This document shows, piece after piece, positions 20,601 to 29,602 of a DNA stretch of 45,226 nucleotides. A model generated the notes under the pieces. The model was given only the letters and a program-made list of their open reading frames with translations. It was not told the origin of the DNA and did no database searches. Origin of the DNA: a virus. Taxonomy: Duplodnaviria; Caudoviricetes. The stretch is from the IMG/VR virus record IMGVR_UViG_3300012953_000054, positions 1 to 45,226 of that record; one strand, 5' to 3'. Position 1 is the stretch's first letter. Each line of letters begins with the position of its first letter. The translations under genes were made by a program, and so were the position numbers.

Positions 20601-20997
20601 AAGGAATGCTACTACTAAAGCACAAGTTGCAGCAGCAAACTTAAAACTTAAAGGGTTAGATACACAAATTAAATTAATGGATCATAGGCAAAAAGGAAGA
20701 GGATATAAGATAGATACGGAAGAACAAATAAACTTTGCACAAGAAGCTATGAAAAATATTCTTGATTTAGATAATTTATCTGGTGCACATAAAAAGATAC
20801 TCTCAGATAAGGGATATGAGGTTAATAAAGGACGTATCTTTAGTTCTTCAGGGGAAGATATATTAGAGAATATGGCTAATCTTCGTTCATGGACGGGAAG
20901 TTTTAATACAGCAATAGGTCTAAATAAAAATCCGTATGAAGCAGAACAAACTGCAACTACTAAATTTTTACAGTCACTTCCTTCATTGACTAAATAG
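17677..20997 (+). CDS. DNA transfer/ejection (pilot) protein
   Basis: Q/A/G-rich; FMNPF..NV, AGGFGGSRQA motifs; coiled coils. Confidence 0.7.
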   Translation: MMDLNKLVSELTIADKICLYNTLYEDLACKGIDGDTELAHVNKQEMAVLRAMGGSGTINPNTNLVQFGGGGSPPPPPPATSTVTQQATIPEELKPFITDILEKSKAIQERREEEGYVPFQGPRLADFTEEQQTAFEGIKDLQGAGQPFYDLATGLTASSAQAPTSASVNEFMNPFIQNVIDVQTREALRQGDVERQNIGAQAVAAGGFGGSRQAILEAEQARNLQQRLGDIQARGQAAAFEDAQARLQQQRERERQAGAQFMGLGTQVPGQRLREITGLEAVGAQKQALGQAGIDIAAQEFEIGRSFPERTLQDYQSIVRGYAQPIPASTLQRQSSQQPAPSFLSQAAGLGAAGLGAFKAFGGNAQGGLVGLAEGGLPAGGTVLESQTEAISERAQNDPLTQSERQPLSQTQQFVRGQENEEAATVEEQLKQIQGLALGATNAIAQGQRQLASMNTAPGMGAQPANFGGNVGSFGFKKGGLLALKHLANGGIVKLQSGSSISQVDMLSNMSDTALQQAAGNKDFSIALVQKEQERRRGLIPLEYRIKDSLIKNLPMGGEREERRNTVAPGDAPPDFSLRERGTYEPPSALSEDLSSIGTAIKKGVGKVTDITDQPYQSFSDAIGSHLRDLGTYVTGTPKQLEKDLEKSAASRDKVEQDLRYAFGLDRDDLLSDSYTKRGTIDTPLTGRMALKSTDEETYAQMGERMARGELSPIEKQILERGKIKDQAAQVMTDEQQAMKLANAVNTPDIGQENKNLVPLTSTFKSQSESLDAPQLPENVMGVPDMEQSGLESIEEIMQKGAGEQSDAEIKVKESLASDVKDGGVAGDYELANTTKVEFISEVDKMRNSPEYLKMTEINEKLKEATGKERELLQKQLDEGGEVEKGYALMDLGFGILAQPGGQTFLETIGKGAKDSKFTTKLAKLSDKQKKLALDFAKLDRRELQDELGLSKQQATMVMEGRKLDIQKRVANAQLRNATTKAQVAAANLKLKGLDTQIKLMDHRQKGRGYKIDTEEQINFAQEAMKNILDLDNLSGAHKKILSDKGYEVNKGRIFSSSGEDILENMANLRSWTGSFNTAIGLNKNPYEAEQTATTKFLQSLPSLTK

Positions 20998-20998
20998 T

Positions 20999-23900
20999 AT
21001 GTCTGAACTTTTAACTAAAACTTCTTCATTTGATTATTCCGATGTTCCTTCAGGAAGTTCTTCATTTGATTATTCGGATGTTCCTTCATGGGAGGAGATG
21101 ACATCAGAGGTACAATTAGGTACGCCTACTATTCAGCTTACTAAAGATGAAGCAGGAGAGGAGACATATGTTCCTAGAGTATCTGACCCTGACTCATGGA
21201 GTAGTAATGCATTAAGAAGCATGAATCAACTTGAGCAAGGAATGGCTAAAACTGTTGAACTTCTGGGCAAGAAGTTTGAAATTCCAGAGTTAGAAGTTTG
21301 GGGAATAGAGGAACAAGAAAGACAACAAAAGGATATAGACTATTACGGTACACCTACAAGAACTGCTTCCTTTACTCAAGGACTAGAGGAGATTAAAGAA
21401 CAGTATGGTGATGAAGAAGATTTAGGTGCAGCTTTAGAAAGAGGTATGTTGTTAGTTAAAGATATGTCAGGTAACGCAGTAGGGTCTTTTGGTCCTGTTG
21501 CTGGTTTGATGGCCGCGCCTATCGCTGCTGCGGCTGTAGGTGTACCTACCGCTGTTGCAACTGGTGTAGGAACATTAGCTTTATTAGGTGGAAGTTTCTT
21601 AATGAATACTGGACCTACTTTTGAAGAACAAATAGAACAAGGTGTACCTGAAGATAAGGCTATAGACTATGCTATGGCCGCAGGTGGTATAATGGCTGTA
21701 TTAGATAGAATAGGAATGTCAGCAGTAATAGGATCATTTGCTAAACAGTTTGGTCCAAAAGCTGTAATAGATGAAATAGCCAAAGACACAGGTCAATCAG
21801 CAGCAAAGAAAATAGTAAACACAGCATTAGCTACTACCGCTGGAGGTTTAAAAGCTGGAACTGCTGAAACATTAGTAGAGTCTGGACAAGAAGCAGTTCA
21901 AATGGCATCGGTAGGTTTAGCTTTAGACGAAGGAAATTTATTTCCTTATAGTGCTGACGTTGTAAAAAATAGATTAATAGATGCTGCTGCATTAGGATTT
22001 GTAGGTGGACATAGCATAGGCGCACCTGCTACTTTTGCTAGTAATGCCATGAGAAAATCTTTGGCTACTAGAGCAGAAGAATTAGATCAAGGTTTAATAG
22101 AGTTACAAAAAGGAATTACTAATCAAGAGACTGACATAGCTGAAAGAGGTATGTATGAAGGTAAATTAACACCTGATAAACCAATGACTTCTTCTCGTAT
22201 AATATCTGGTCTTTTTAGAACTTCTGTAGCACCGTTGGCTAATTTAGGACGAAGGTCAAATAAGGGTGCATCAGTAGTACAATCCCTTCTTGCTTTTCCT
22301 AACTTAGTAAGTCAGTCTACAGGACAAGATGCTGCTGTCTTACAAGAGACTTTTAATACTTTAAAACGAAATATTAAACTTCCTTTTATTCAACGTGCTA
22401 TCCCTAAAAAAATAAGTGATGAGGTATACCAAGTAATAGTAGAGGGTAAAACACCATCAAGTCCCGCTATTGGAAATGCAGCTAACAGTATTAAAAATTT
22501 TTTAGGTACGGTAGAAATTGATCCTAATACAGGAAAAGCTGCCAAGCCAATAACCATCACTTCTAAAGATTTAATTACTGCTATTAAAAGTGATAGAGTA
22601 TCTAGTAAAGTACAGAAAGCATTAGATGAAGGAAGGATAACTAGAGAAGAATATAATACTATAGAATCAGCAATTGAACCTATGCGTTTAGATTATATGA
22701 ATAGAGTAAGAGAAGCACCTACAGAAAGACAAAGTATTCTAAGAAATATTGTAGATAGCAAACCCTTTAAAGAAATAAATAATAGGGTTATTGCTAAACC
22801 TAAATCTACAGGATTTTTTAAACGTCTTCAAGACGCAGGGGTAGACATAGATTTTGTAGATGGTTATCTTCCTACTATCTATAAAACTGGACCATTAAAC
22901 AGAAGAAAGATGGCTAAGATTCTACAAGAGAATGGCTTTAGTAATGTAGAAGCACAGACTACTGTAGATAGGATTGAGGGTAATGATGGTATTCTTAATG
23001 AAAGTGATATAGAAATTGATGTCGAAACGCAGACGCAACCTCGCGCTAGGGATGCACGAATATCACAACAAGAAAAAAGAACTATTACTCCTGAGATACG
23101 ACAGAAGTTAAGAGAAGCTGGATTAATAGAGACTGATTTACAAGGTATACTTTATAAATATATTTTAGATGGCAACAGAAAAATACATAGTAAAAATCTT
23201 GCTGATAATTTAAATGCGGATTTAAAAGACCTTAATAAAATAGGTGATGCTGATGCAGGAGGCATTAACCAAGCTGAGATAGATCAAGTTAAAAAGGTAT
23301 ACCAAGCTACACAACAACGATATAATCGTTTGAATGATAAGGGATGGCAAGGTCTTCAGAAATGGATACTCACTTCTCAGTACATCCTTACCTTACCTTT
23401 AGTAGGTCTTACTGCCTTAACTGAACCGCTTATTATTTTGTCACGAGTAAGTCCAAAGTACGCATTGTTCGGTGCTAGTAAAGCTGCGTTTAATGGTCTA
23501 AAGAATGGATTAAGAAAAGTATTTCCTAAAATTCCTATGAATCAATCTGAGAAAGCTTTTGCTGGTATACTACAGGGATTAGATGGTGTCCTTGCGGATA
23601 GATTTGGAGACATATCTGGAGTTACTGTAGCTAGAAAAATTACTAATGCTTTCTTTAGAACGACTATGCTAACAACTGTTACGCAGATTAGTAGAGACAT
23701 GGCATTTCAAGCTGCTCGTATGCAGATGAGAAATGATTTAAAAATAATAAATAAATATGATCGTGGAGGAAGGAAGAAAACTAAAGAATACTTAGACTCT
23801 AAACGTAGACTAATGGAACAAGGAATAATTAATCCTAATTCAGAAGTAGTTCAAGATTGGGCATTAGACCCTACCCAATCTGATCCACCTATTATTGGTA

Positions 23901-24553
23901 AGGCTATGTCTAAAACTGTAGACGAATTTATTATGGCACCGAATGCAGTCAATCGTCCTTTATGGATGAGTGATCCACACCTTGCAATGGTTGCACAGTT
24001 GAAAGGATTTTTAGCTACCTTTGGTAATATAGTTGGTGGCAGGATGTGGAGAGAGATAGGTGTTCCTCTAACTAAACAAGTAACAGGACAAGATGGTGGT
24101 CGTATTCCTGCTGGAGAGATGATGAAATATACTATTGCTCTCAGTTTAATTGTTGCTGCTTCTATGTTTATTCAAGGTCTTAAAGATGAAATTCGTTATG
24201 GAAATAAGGAAAGTCCGTTTGATAAGTTAGATGGTAAGGATCAAATAATGGAAGCATTGCGAAGAAGTAATATTTTTGGAATGGGTACAATAATATTTGA
24301 TGCACTTAATTCTCAAAAGTATGGGTCTAATTTCTTTGAAGTTATACTTGGTCCTGCATTAAGTCAAGGTGCTAATATAGCTGAAGCTGGAGCAGGTTAT
24401 GTTTTAAATGATAATGCAAGAGCATTAGCTAGAGAGATAGGTAATTTAATTCCTCTTCTTAGACAAATACCTTTAGTTCGTGACCCTAAAAAAGATGTTG
24501 TAGATAGTGTAGAAGATACACTAGAAGACCTACGAGAAAAGATAGTGAATTAA
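20999..24553 (+). CDS. Large internal virion/ejection protein
   Basis: 1184 aa, alpha-helical, hydrophobic G/A segments, E...E..QE motif; last large gene of the structural arm. Confidence 0.65.
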   Translation: MSELLTKTSSFDYSDVPSGSSSFDYSDVPSWEEMTSEVQLGTPTIQLTKDEAGEETYVPRVSDPDSWSSNALRSMNQLEQGMAKTVELLGKKFEIPELEVWGIEEQERQQKDIDYYGTPTRTASFTQGLEEIKEQYGDEEDLGAALERGMLLVKDMSGNAVGSFGPVAGLMAAPIAAAAVGVPTAVATGVGTLALLGGSFLMNTGPTFEEQIEQGVPEDKAIDYAMAAGGIMAVLDRIGMSAVIGSFAKQFGPKAVIDEIAKDTGQSAAKKIVNTALATTAGGLKAGTAETLVESGQEAVQMASVGLALDEGNLFPYSADVVKNRLIDAAALGFVGGHSIGAPATFASNAMRKSLATRAEELDQGLIELQKGITNQETDIAERGMYEGKLTPDKPMTSSRIISGLFRTSVAPLANLGRRSNKGASVVQSLLAFPNLVSQSTGQDAAVLQETFNTLKRNIKLPFIQRAIPKKISDEVYQVIVEGKTPSSPAIGNAANSIKNFLGTVEIDPNTGKAAKPITITSKDLITAIKSDRVSSKVQKALDEGRITREEYNTIESAIEPMRLDYMNRVREAPTERQSILRNIVDSKPFKEINNRVIAKPKSTGFFKRLQDAGVDIDFVDGYLPTIYKTGPLNRRKMAKILQENGFSNVEAQTTVDRIEGNDGILNESDIEIDVETQTQPRARDARISQQEKRTITPEIRQKLREAGLIETDLQGILYKYILDGNRKIHSKNLADNLNADLKDLNKIGDADAGGINQAEIDQVKKVYQATQQRYNRLNDKGWQGLQKWILTSQYILTLPLVGLTALTEPLIILSRVSPKYALFGASKAAFNGLKNGLRKVFPKIPMNQSEKAFAGILQGLDGVLADRFGDISGVTVARKITNAFFRTTMLTTVTQISRDMAFQAARMQMRNDLKIINKYDRGGRKKTKEYLDSKRRLMEQGIINPNSEVVQDWALDPTQSDPPIIGKAMSKTVDEFIMAPNAVNRPLWMSDPHLAMVAQLKGFLATFGNIVGGRMWREIGVPLTKQVTGQDGGRIPAGEMMKYTIALSLIVAASMFIQGLKDEIRYGNKESPFDKLDGKDQIMEALRRSNIFGMGTIIFDALNSQKYGSNFFEVILGPALSQGANIAEAGAGYVLNDNARALAREIGNLIPLLRQIPLVRDPKKDVVDSVEDTLEDLREKIVN
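21022..21088 (+). repeat. Tandem duplication, 36-bp period (31 bp, 1 mismatch)
   Basis: TTCTTCATTTGATTATTC[C/G]GATGTTCCTTCA twice; SSFDYSDVPS x2. Confidence 0.95.
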
Positions 24554-24555
24554 TT

Positions 24556-24924
24556 ATGCAAATGGATGCACAGTTTTTATTTCAAGTAGGCGCAGTAGTT
24601 GCATCTCTGTCAGGTGCGTGGGCATTAGTACGTGCACAGGTAACTGCACTCAAAGCAACACAACAAGAGATAAAAGATCAGGTAGATGAATTAAATAGAG
24701 AACAAGATAAAGTAGAAAATAATGTAGCTGTCTTACGTAGTCAGATTAGTGTGCTTACTAATATTCTTAGTCCTGATAACTTAGCTAAAGAATATAAACG
24801 TAAGGGAGTAGTACATGCTCAAATAACTAAGCTTCAAGAAGAAGTGAAATCTATACAGCACATGCATAATGGTGTGCATCCACCTGTCCAAAAGGAGAAA
24901 GACTATACAGAAAAAGAAAATTGA
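24556..24924 (+). CDS. Membrane-anchored coiled-coil protein
   Basis: N-terminal hydrophobic helix followed by heptads. Confidence 0.6.
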   Translation: MQMDAQFLFQVGAVVASLSGAWALVRAQVTALKATQQEIKDQVDELNREQDKVENNVAVLRSQISVLTNILSPDNLAKEYKRKGVVHAQITKLQEEVKSIQHMHNGVHPPVQKEKDYTEKEN

Positions 24925-25065
24925 TCTGATTGTTCTATTTTTCTACTCAAAAACGTCACCTTACAGGCCAATGCCTCCATAAGCCTCTAGGAAGACCGTC
25001 CAGAAGAAGTAGTATATTTTGGGGTATGGGTAGCCAAGCCTATCTCTAACCCTACTCACGGGTCT

Positions 25066-25509
25066 TTATATGGCTTCGTTTTCTTCTTGTTGCTCTTCAA
25101 ACCACTTACATTGGAGGAAAATCTTAGATGATCTTTCTTCTCCTAGTATTTCTAAACTTCTAACTATCTCACCTTCTAATTCTGCTATTGACTTAGGAAC
25201 TTCATCATCTTTAGCAGTTCTAATCTTAGACAAAACTTCTAAAGCTTTAATTGCGCTGTTAGTGTGACCATTATTTTTAGCATACGTATATTGATTTTCA
25301 ATCTCTGCTACTACATCAATATTAGTTTCAATTTCTTTTTCTAATTCCTCTATACGTTCCTGTATATCAGGACGCTGAACCAACCTATGTCCTTGCGTGT
25401 GTGCAGATACATCAGAGTATCCAGCGATCTTAGCTGACTCAGTAGCATTCCTGTACAGGACGTATGCTTGGCAAAACTTTTCTTGTTTAAGATTTAATTC
25501 TTTAGTCAC
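25066..25509 (-). CDS. terS: Terminase small subunit
   Basis: LNLKQEKFCQAY...NATESAKIAGYS HTH signature; AIKALE.L. Confidence 0.75.
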   Translation of the reverse strand: MTKELNLKQEKFCQAYVLYRNATESAKIAGYSDVSAHTQGHRLVQRPDIQERIEELEKEIETNIDVVAEIENQYTYAKNNGHTNSAIKALEVLSKIRTAKDDEVPKSIAELEGEIVRSLEILGEERSSKIFLQCKWFEEQQEENEAI

Positions 25510-25708
25510 AGAATTTTTCCCATGTAAGATTATGGCTTAGTACTTGTCTAGCAGTTTCGTTGGAGAGAGAGTCAGCATCACTGATTAGAATTGGGAATGA
25601 CCAACTACAGAATGCCGCCTCTCCTCCAACGCTTCCGCAACTGCTTAGACACATCAGCATCAGAAAGCATGTCAACTTTTTTTTCAATTTTATTTCTTTC
25701 CTTTGCAT
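25502..25708 (-). CDS. o-spanin (Rz1-like lipoprotein)
   Basis: Lipobox LSSC; overlaps the upstream gene in another frame; HN..W...C end; true start may lie further downstream. Confidence 0.7.
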   Translation of the reverse strand: MQRKEIKLKKKLTCFLMLMCLSSCGSVGGEAAFCSWSFPILISDADSLSNETARQVLSHNLTWEKFCD

Positions 25709-25826
25709 TGTCTACTGCAGTTTCTAGTTCTTTCTTCTCTGCATTATCCTTACCTGCTTTAAAGGCAAACAATAAGGGTAGTATCTTACCTAAGAAACCA
25801 ATGACAGAAGAAACTAAAGACAACAT
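25605..25826 (-). CDS. i-spanin (Rz-like)
   Basis: N-terminal TM followed by a charged helix; overlapped by the lipoprotein gene. Confidence 0.65.
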   Translation of the reverse strand: MLSLVSSVIGFLGKILPLLFAFKAGKDNAEKKELETAVDNAKERNKIEKKVDMLSDADVSKQLRKRWRRGGIL

Positions 25827-26068
25827 TATTTTATTTTCTCAGTCTTACCTTTAACAGTAGGTACTTCTTCTACTACTACTTCTTTCTTACCTGTTTCTTT
25901 TGCTTTACCTACTGTAAGACTTAGTAGTTCTACTACCTTATAAACTTTTCCTAAGACAGAATCAGGATCAGGGGTAGCTGTACCTGCAATAACGATACTA
26001 GCAATCGTAATGATACCTGTAAGAGTAGAGACGATAATCTCTATATTACTTGTTAGCGTTTCTAGCAT
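25826..26068 (-). CDS. Holin-like membrane protein
   Basis: Hydrophobic helix, T.TP.PD..LGK.YK..E.L.L..GKAKE, charged tail; AAGGA RBS. Confidence 0.55.
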   Translation of the reverse strand: MLETLTSNIEIIVSTLTGIITIASIVIAGTATPDPDSVLGKVYKVVELLSLTVGKAKETGKKEVVVEEVPTVKGKTEKIK

Positions 26069-26083
26069 AATCAGTTCCTTTCT

Positions 26084-28384
26084 TTAAGAGTTAAATGTAT
26101 TAGCGTAGTAAGTTTTATTACCGTGTCGTGATGTTAGATAGACTTGGTTAGCTAGTGTATCATGCTTGGTATAAAACTCTACACCCATATCTATTTGAGG
26201 TGCATCAAACAACTGTTCACAATCTTGTGCCATTGCCAACAGTTCTCCGGTAGTCCAAAATTCTTTTTCATTAATCTCTACTTTCATGTACTTAGTTTTA
26301 CCATCAAAGAGAGTTTCTTTCTGTTCTTCTTCAGATACTTCAGGTACAGAACAATCAAAACCAAAGAGATGAAAGTTTCTAAACCCAAAGATATGGAGCA
26401 TACCAATCGCTCGCATAGCTGCACAAGTACCACCAGTAACAAAGGTTACGTCATCACTTATCTGTATCTGCTCCTCTTCAGGATAGTCCGCTTTATTATT
26501 TATTCTGTTTTTAATAGCTTCAGAGTAAGCGTGCCATCCATATACATTAGATGTTCGTTCTAAAATATATTTAGTAACAGAAGGTTCTGTCATAGATGCT
26601 ACAAAAAATTTAGTTGAAGGATCAATAGTTTCAAACAAACTTTTACGAACTATACCGTGTGTACTTTCACCCTCAATAGTACGAGGATCAAGTATAACAC
26701 AACCCCAAGGCTTTATGCCAGCCTCTAATAGTTTAGGATAGCTATGCTTAACACAGATTATTTTACCATTTGTTTCTTCTTGTAGTTCTTTTAGCTTGTC
26801 AAAGTCAATGGACGATCCACCAGAGACAATGATAGCAGCTTCTGAATGAGGGTAGTATTGTTGTACACTATCCCAACTTTTTATAAGATTTAGATTAGCA
26901 TTAATGTTCTCAACAATATCATCTTTAGGCACACAGTCTTTAGGGTGTACGACAATAGGGATACGCCTTAGTTCAATAGGAATGTCAGGCAAGTCTGCAT
27001 TGTTAAGCAGTACAGCAAGATGGACAAGACCACCACCAGATACTTTATCTTGAGATGGTAGTACATGCATACGCTTACCTTCCATCTCGTCACGGATAAG
27101 CTTATTAACTCCTACCTTTTCTTGAGATACAGTATGTCCATTCTCATCCTTGGAATAGAAGTCATCAAAGACAATGACGGGTATATGTTTTAGATTATCG
27201 TAGTCACTTTTGATTGTGTCTTCACTGTGACCACCATCAATAAAAGCAAAAGGAACTTTCTTTAATTCTTTCTTAGCTTTCTTTAGTGTATCACGGGAGT
27301 TACCCTTATGTAGTTTAAAGGTAAATGTTTTACCCTTCTCCTTCATCTTCTCTTCAAACTCAGTGAGACGATCAAAGACTGCCTTGTAAGTGTTGTGTTG
27401 TTTAATATTTAGTTCAAGCTTATCTATTTCTTGGGTAGCTTCTTCAAACAAATCAAAACCAATGTAGTGAAAGTCATCCCTCTTTTCAAAGGAAGCAAGC
27501 GCCATCTCAATTGCCCTGCCACCATTCCATGTACCAATCTCTACAATCCGATCAGGTTCATAAGCACGTACCATAGTAGCAAGCTGTCCGTAACGAGGTA
27601 GTACTACGTCCTGTGAAAAGCCTTGTTCAGACATGACTTCGTTCTTACGATTACCTTTGTAGTGCATCATAAATTCATTAAGGTTAGACTGTTCAAAGAC
27701 AGCTAGTCCTTTAGCTTCTGGTGTAAGGTTATGCACATTCATGCCATGTGCTGCATAGATGTTAATGAACCTAGTCATAATGAATGCATCAGTCCATTCA
27801 CGATATGATACTACTTCTCCAATATCATAGCATCCTCGAATGTCTGCAAGAAAGTAGTGAGGCATTTGATAGTCAAGATTAAAACCAATGAAGCCTGTTT
27901 CACTAAAGTCAATATCTTTTCTACCTAGATGTACTAACTCTGAGTCTTTAGGAAAGGCTTTAAAGAGAGTATCCTCATTAAGTTTGTTATGAGTAATGAC
28001 ATCTGCATCCATCCAGATTAACCAACCACCCTTAACTTCTTCTTCAGAAATCTCCATGAAGTAATCAGTTAAAGCATAGACTTTATGACACCACTTCAGT
28101 GCATCCATACGCCAGTTATATTCCATCTGACCATTCTCTGTACCATCATGGTGCTTCATACGCTCCAGATAATTAGTACGGTCTTCAACTAAATCTAAGT
28201 CACGGTATTCAATGAGAGGTGACTTAGGAAACTCTGCAATCTGTTCTTCACTACATGAATCATAGTAAGCTACTAGTTTTAAATCTTCTTCCCAATGTTC
28301 TACTACTGACTCAAGCATACTCTTAGCATAAGTAGCGTAGTTCTTTCCACTAAACGATGTTACAAAATTAGTCATATTGTTCAC
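26084..28384 (-). CDS. Three-domain protein: glycosyltransferase + SAM methyltransferase + Maf/DUF115-like transferase
   Basis: W.HKVYA, WMDAD, ETGF, EWTD, HYKG (GT-A); VEIGTWNG, GFDLFE, FIDGGHS, VFDD (Methyltransf_24-like); IVSGGSSI, ILDP, GGT...RAI...GFR.F.LFGFDCS (Maf-like). Confidence 0.8.
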   Translation of the reverse strand: MNNMTNFVTSFSGKNYATYAKSMLESVVEHWEEDLKLVAYYDSCSEEQIAEFPKSPLIEYRDLDLVEDRTNYLERMKHHDGTENGQMEYNWRMDALKWCHKVYALTDYFMEISEEEVKGGWLIWMDADVITHNKLNEDTLFKAFPKDSELVHLGRKDIDFSETGFIGFNLDYQMPHYFLADIRGCYDIGEVVSYREWTDAFIMTRFINIYAAHGMNVHNLTPEAKGLAVFEQSNLNEFMMHYKGNRKNEVMSEQGFSQDVVLPRYGQLATMVRAYEPDRIVEIGTWNGGRAIEMALASFEKRDDFHYIGFDLFEEATQEIDKLELNIKQHNTYKAVFDRLTEFEEKMKEKGKTFTFKLHKGNSRDTLKKAKKELKKVPFAFIDGGHSEDTIKSDYDNLKHIPVIVFDDFYSKDENGHTVSQEKVGVNKLIRDEMEGKRMHVLPSQDKVSGGGLVHLAVLLNNADLPDIPIELRRIPIVVHPKDCVPKDDIVENINANLNLIKSWDSVQQYYPHSEAAIIVSGGSSIDFDKLKELQEETNGKIICVKHSYPKLLEAGIKPWGCVILDPRTIEGESTHGIVRKSLFETIDPSTKFFVASMTEPSVTKYILERTSNVYGWHAYSEAIKNRINNKADYPEEEQIQISDDVTFVTGGTCAAMRAIGMLHIFGFRNFHLFGFDCSVPEVSEEEQKETLFDGKTKYMKVEINEKEFWTTGELLAMAQDCEQLFDAPQIDMGVEFYTKHDTLANQVYLTSRHGNKTYYANTFNS

Positions 28385-29105
28385 TCATTTCCTTATATAG
28401 TTCATTCCACTCTTTTGCATAGTGATTATCTATTTCTCTCTTTCCTTCCCAGTTCCTGAACATTGGTCCACCTGTTGTAAAGTGCACACACTTAGGATCA
28501 AGGTCTTCATGTGAATGACCATCAAGCCAGTTCCATTCTTCAGTTATCTGTCCTATTGATTCTGCCCAATGCATACCATGCAACCAACCTCCGCTACTAG
28601 TGTTCACATCAGATACAGTTAGTTCATTTAATTCTGGATTGCCACAGTTAAATAACATAAAGCTTGACCAGTTCTTTCTAAAGTAAGTCTGCTGTAGTTT
28701 GTTATCCATTTTGTATTTATCATTAGGATGATATGCATGATGCACACAAGCTACAGAAAAATCTCTATAAGCGAAGAGGTTAAATAGTTTATTTATATCG
28801 TCTCTCATGTACATATCACAGTCCATAAATAACGCATGACCTTGATGTAGATTTAGAAATGGTACAAGAAAACGTGTAAAACTAAACTCAGTTGAGAAAG
28901 GTTTTTCATCAAATGAATCTACCTGTTGACCATCTTTAATTATCATGGTTCTCCAGTACAAACCTGTACGCCTAACACTATCCTGTTTCAGTCTAACAAT
29001 GTTAACAGGAGAAGAGGCATGTTTGTTTATACTGTACTCAAGAACGTCACAGTAAACTTTTTCTTTAGGATCATAGCCTATATATACAGTAGGTATACTA
29101 CTCAT
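28368..29105 (-). CDS. Glycosyltransferase, GT8-related (plant Cdi-like)
   Basis: YIGYD..E, STEFSFTRFLVP, FMDCDM, KMD..Q..Y.RKNWSS, WN.L.G, HFT.GGP. Confidence 0.85.
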   Translation of the reverse strand: MSSIPTVYIGYDPKEKVYCDVLEYSINKHASSPVNIVRLKQDSVRRTGLYWRTMIIKDGQQVDSFDEKPFSTEFSFTRFLVPFLNLHQGHALFMDCDMYMRDDINKLFNLFAYRDFSVACVHHAYHPNDKYKMDNKLQQTYFRKNWSSFMLFNCGNPELNELTVSDVNTSSGGWLHGMHWAESIGQITEEWNWLDGHSHEDLDPKCVHFTTGGPMFRNWEGKREIDNHYAKEWNELYKEMSEQYD

Positions 29106-29124
29106 GTTAGTTTCTCATCCTTAT

Positions 29125-29156
29125 AAAAAGGGATGCATCTTACTTTGATGCACCCC
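29125..29156 (-). terminator. Rho-independent terminator after hsp20
   Basis: Minus strand GGGGTGCATC-aaagtaa-GATGCATCCC-TTTTT. Confidence 0.85.
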
Positions 29157-29167
29157 TAATGTTATAA

Positions 29168-29602
29168 TTATTTTATTTCAATTACTTTAGGTTTTTCTTC
29201 TTCAGGTTTAACCTCTTCAAATGTTATAGCAAGAAGACCATCCTTTAGATCAGCATCTCTTACTTCCATTGTATCAGATAATGAAAATGATTTACGAAAC
29301 TTACGTGCAGCAATGCCTGTTACTATTAAGTCTTCTCTCTCATTCTCTCCCCTGTCTCCTTCGATAGTAAGTAAATTATCTTTTAGCTCAATATTTATAT
29401 TTTCTTTAGAGTATCCTGCGACAGCTAGGGTAAGCTTATACATCGTATCCTTTTTCTCTAAGTCATGTGGAGGAAAAGAACCAAGGTTACTTGGTAAGCG
29501 TTTGAACATATCGTCCATAGCAAACCCTAACATATAGTCTTGGATTGTCTTAGAGTTTCTATTTAGATAAGCTATATAATCTCCTTTAGTTTCTAAATTC
29601 AT
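29168..29602 (-). CDS. hsp20: Small heat shock protein (IbpA/Hsp20 class A)
   Basis: FPP, LAVAGY, L.I.G, GIAARKF..SF.L, A.L.DGLL.I, PEE.KP..IEI. Confidence 0.95.
   Translation of the reverse strand: MNLETKGDYIAYLNRNSKTIQDYMLGFAMDDMFKRLPSNLGSFPPHDLEKKDTMYKLTLAVAGYSKENINIELKDNLLTIEGDRGENEREDLIVTGIAARKFRKSFSLSDTMEVRDADLKDGLLAITFEEVKPEEEKPKVIEIK

Noticed and set aside
24925-25065. tRNA in intergenic regions
   Set aside because: No T-loop motif or cloverleaf recognised here or in other gaps
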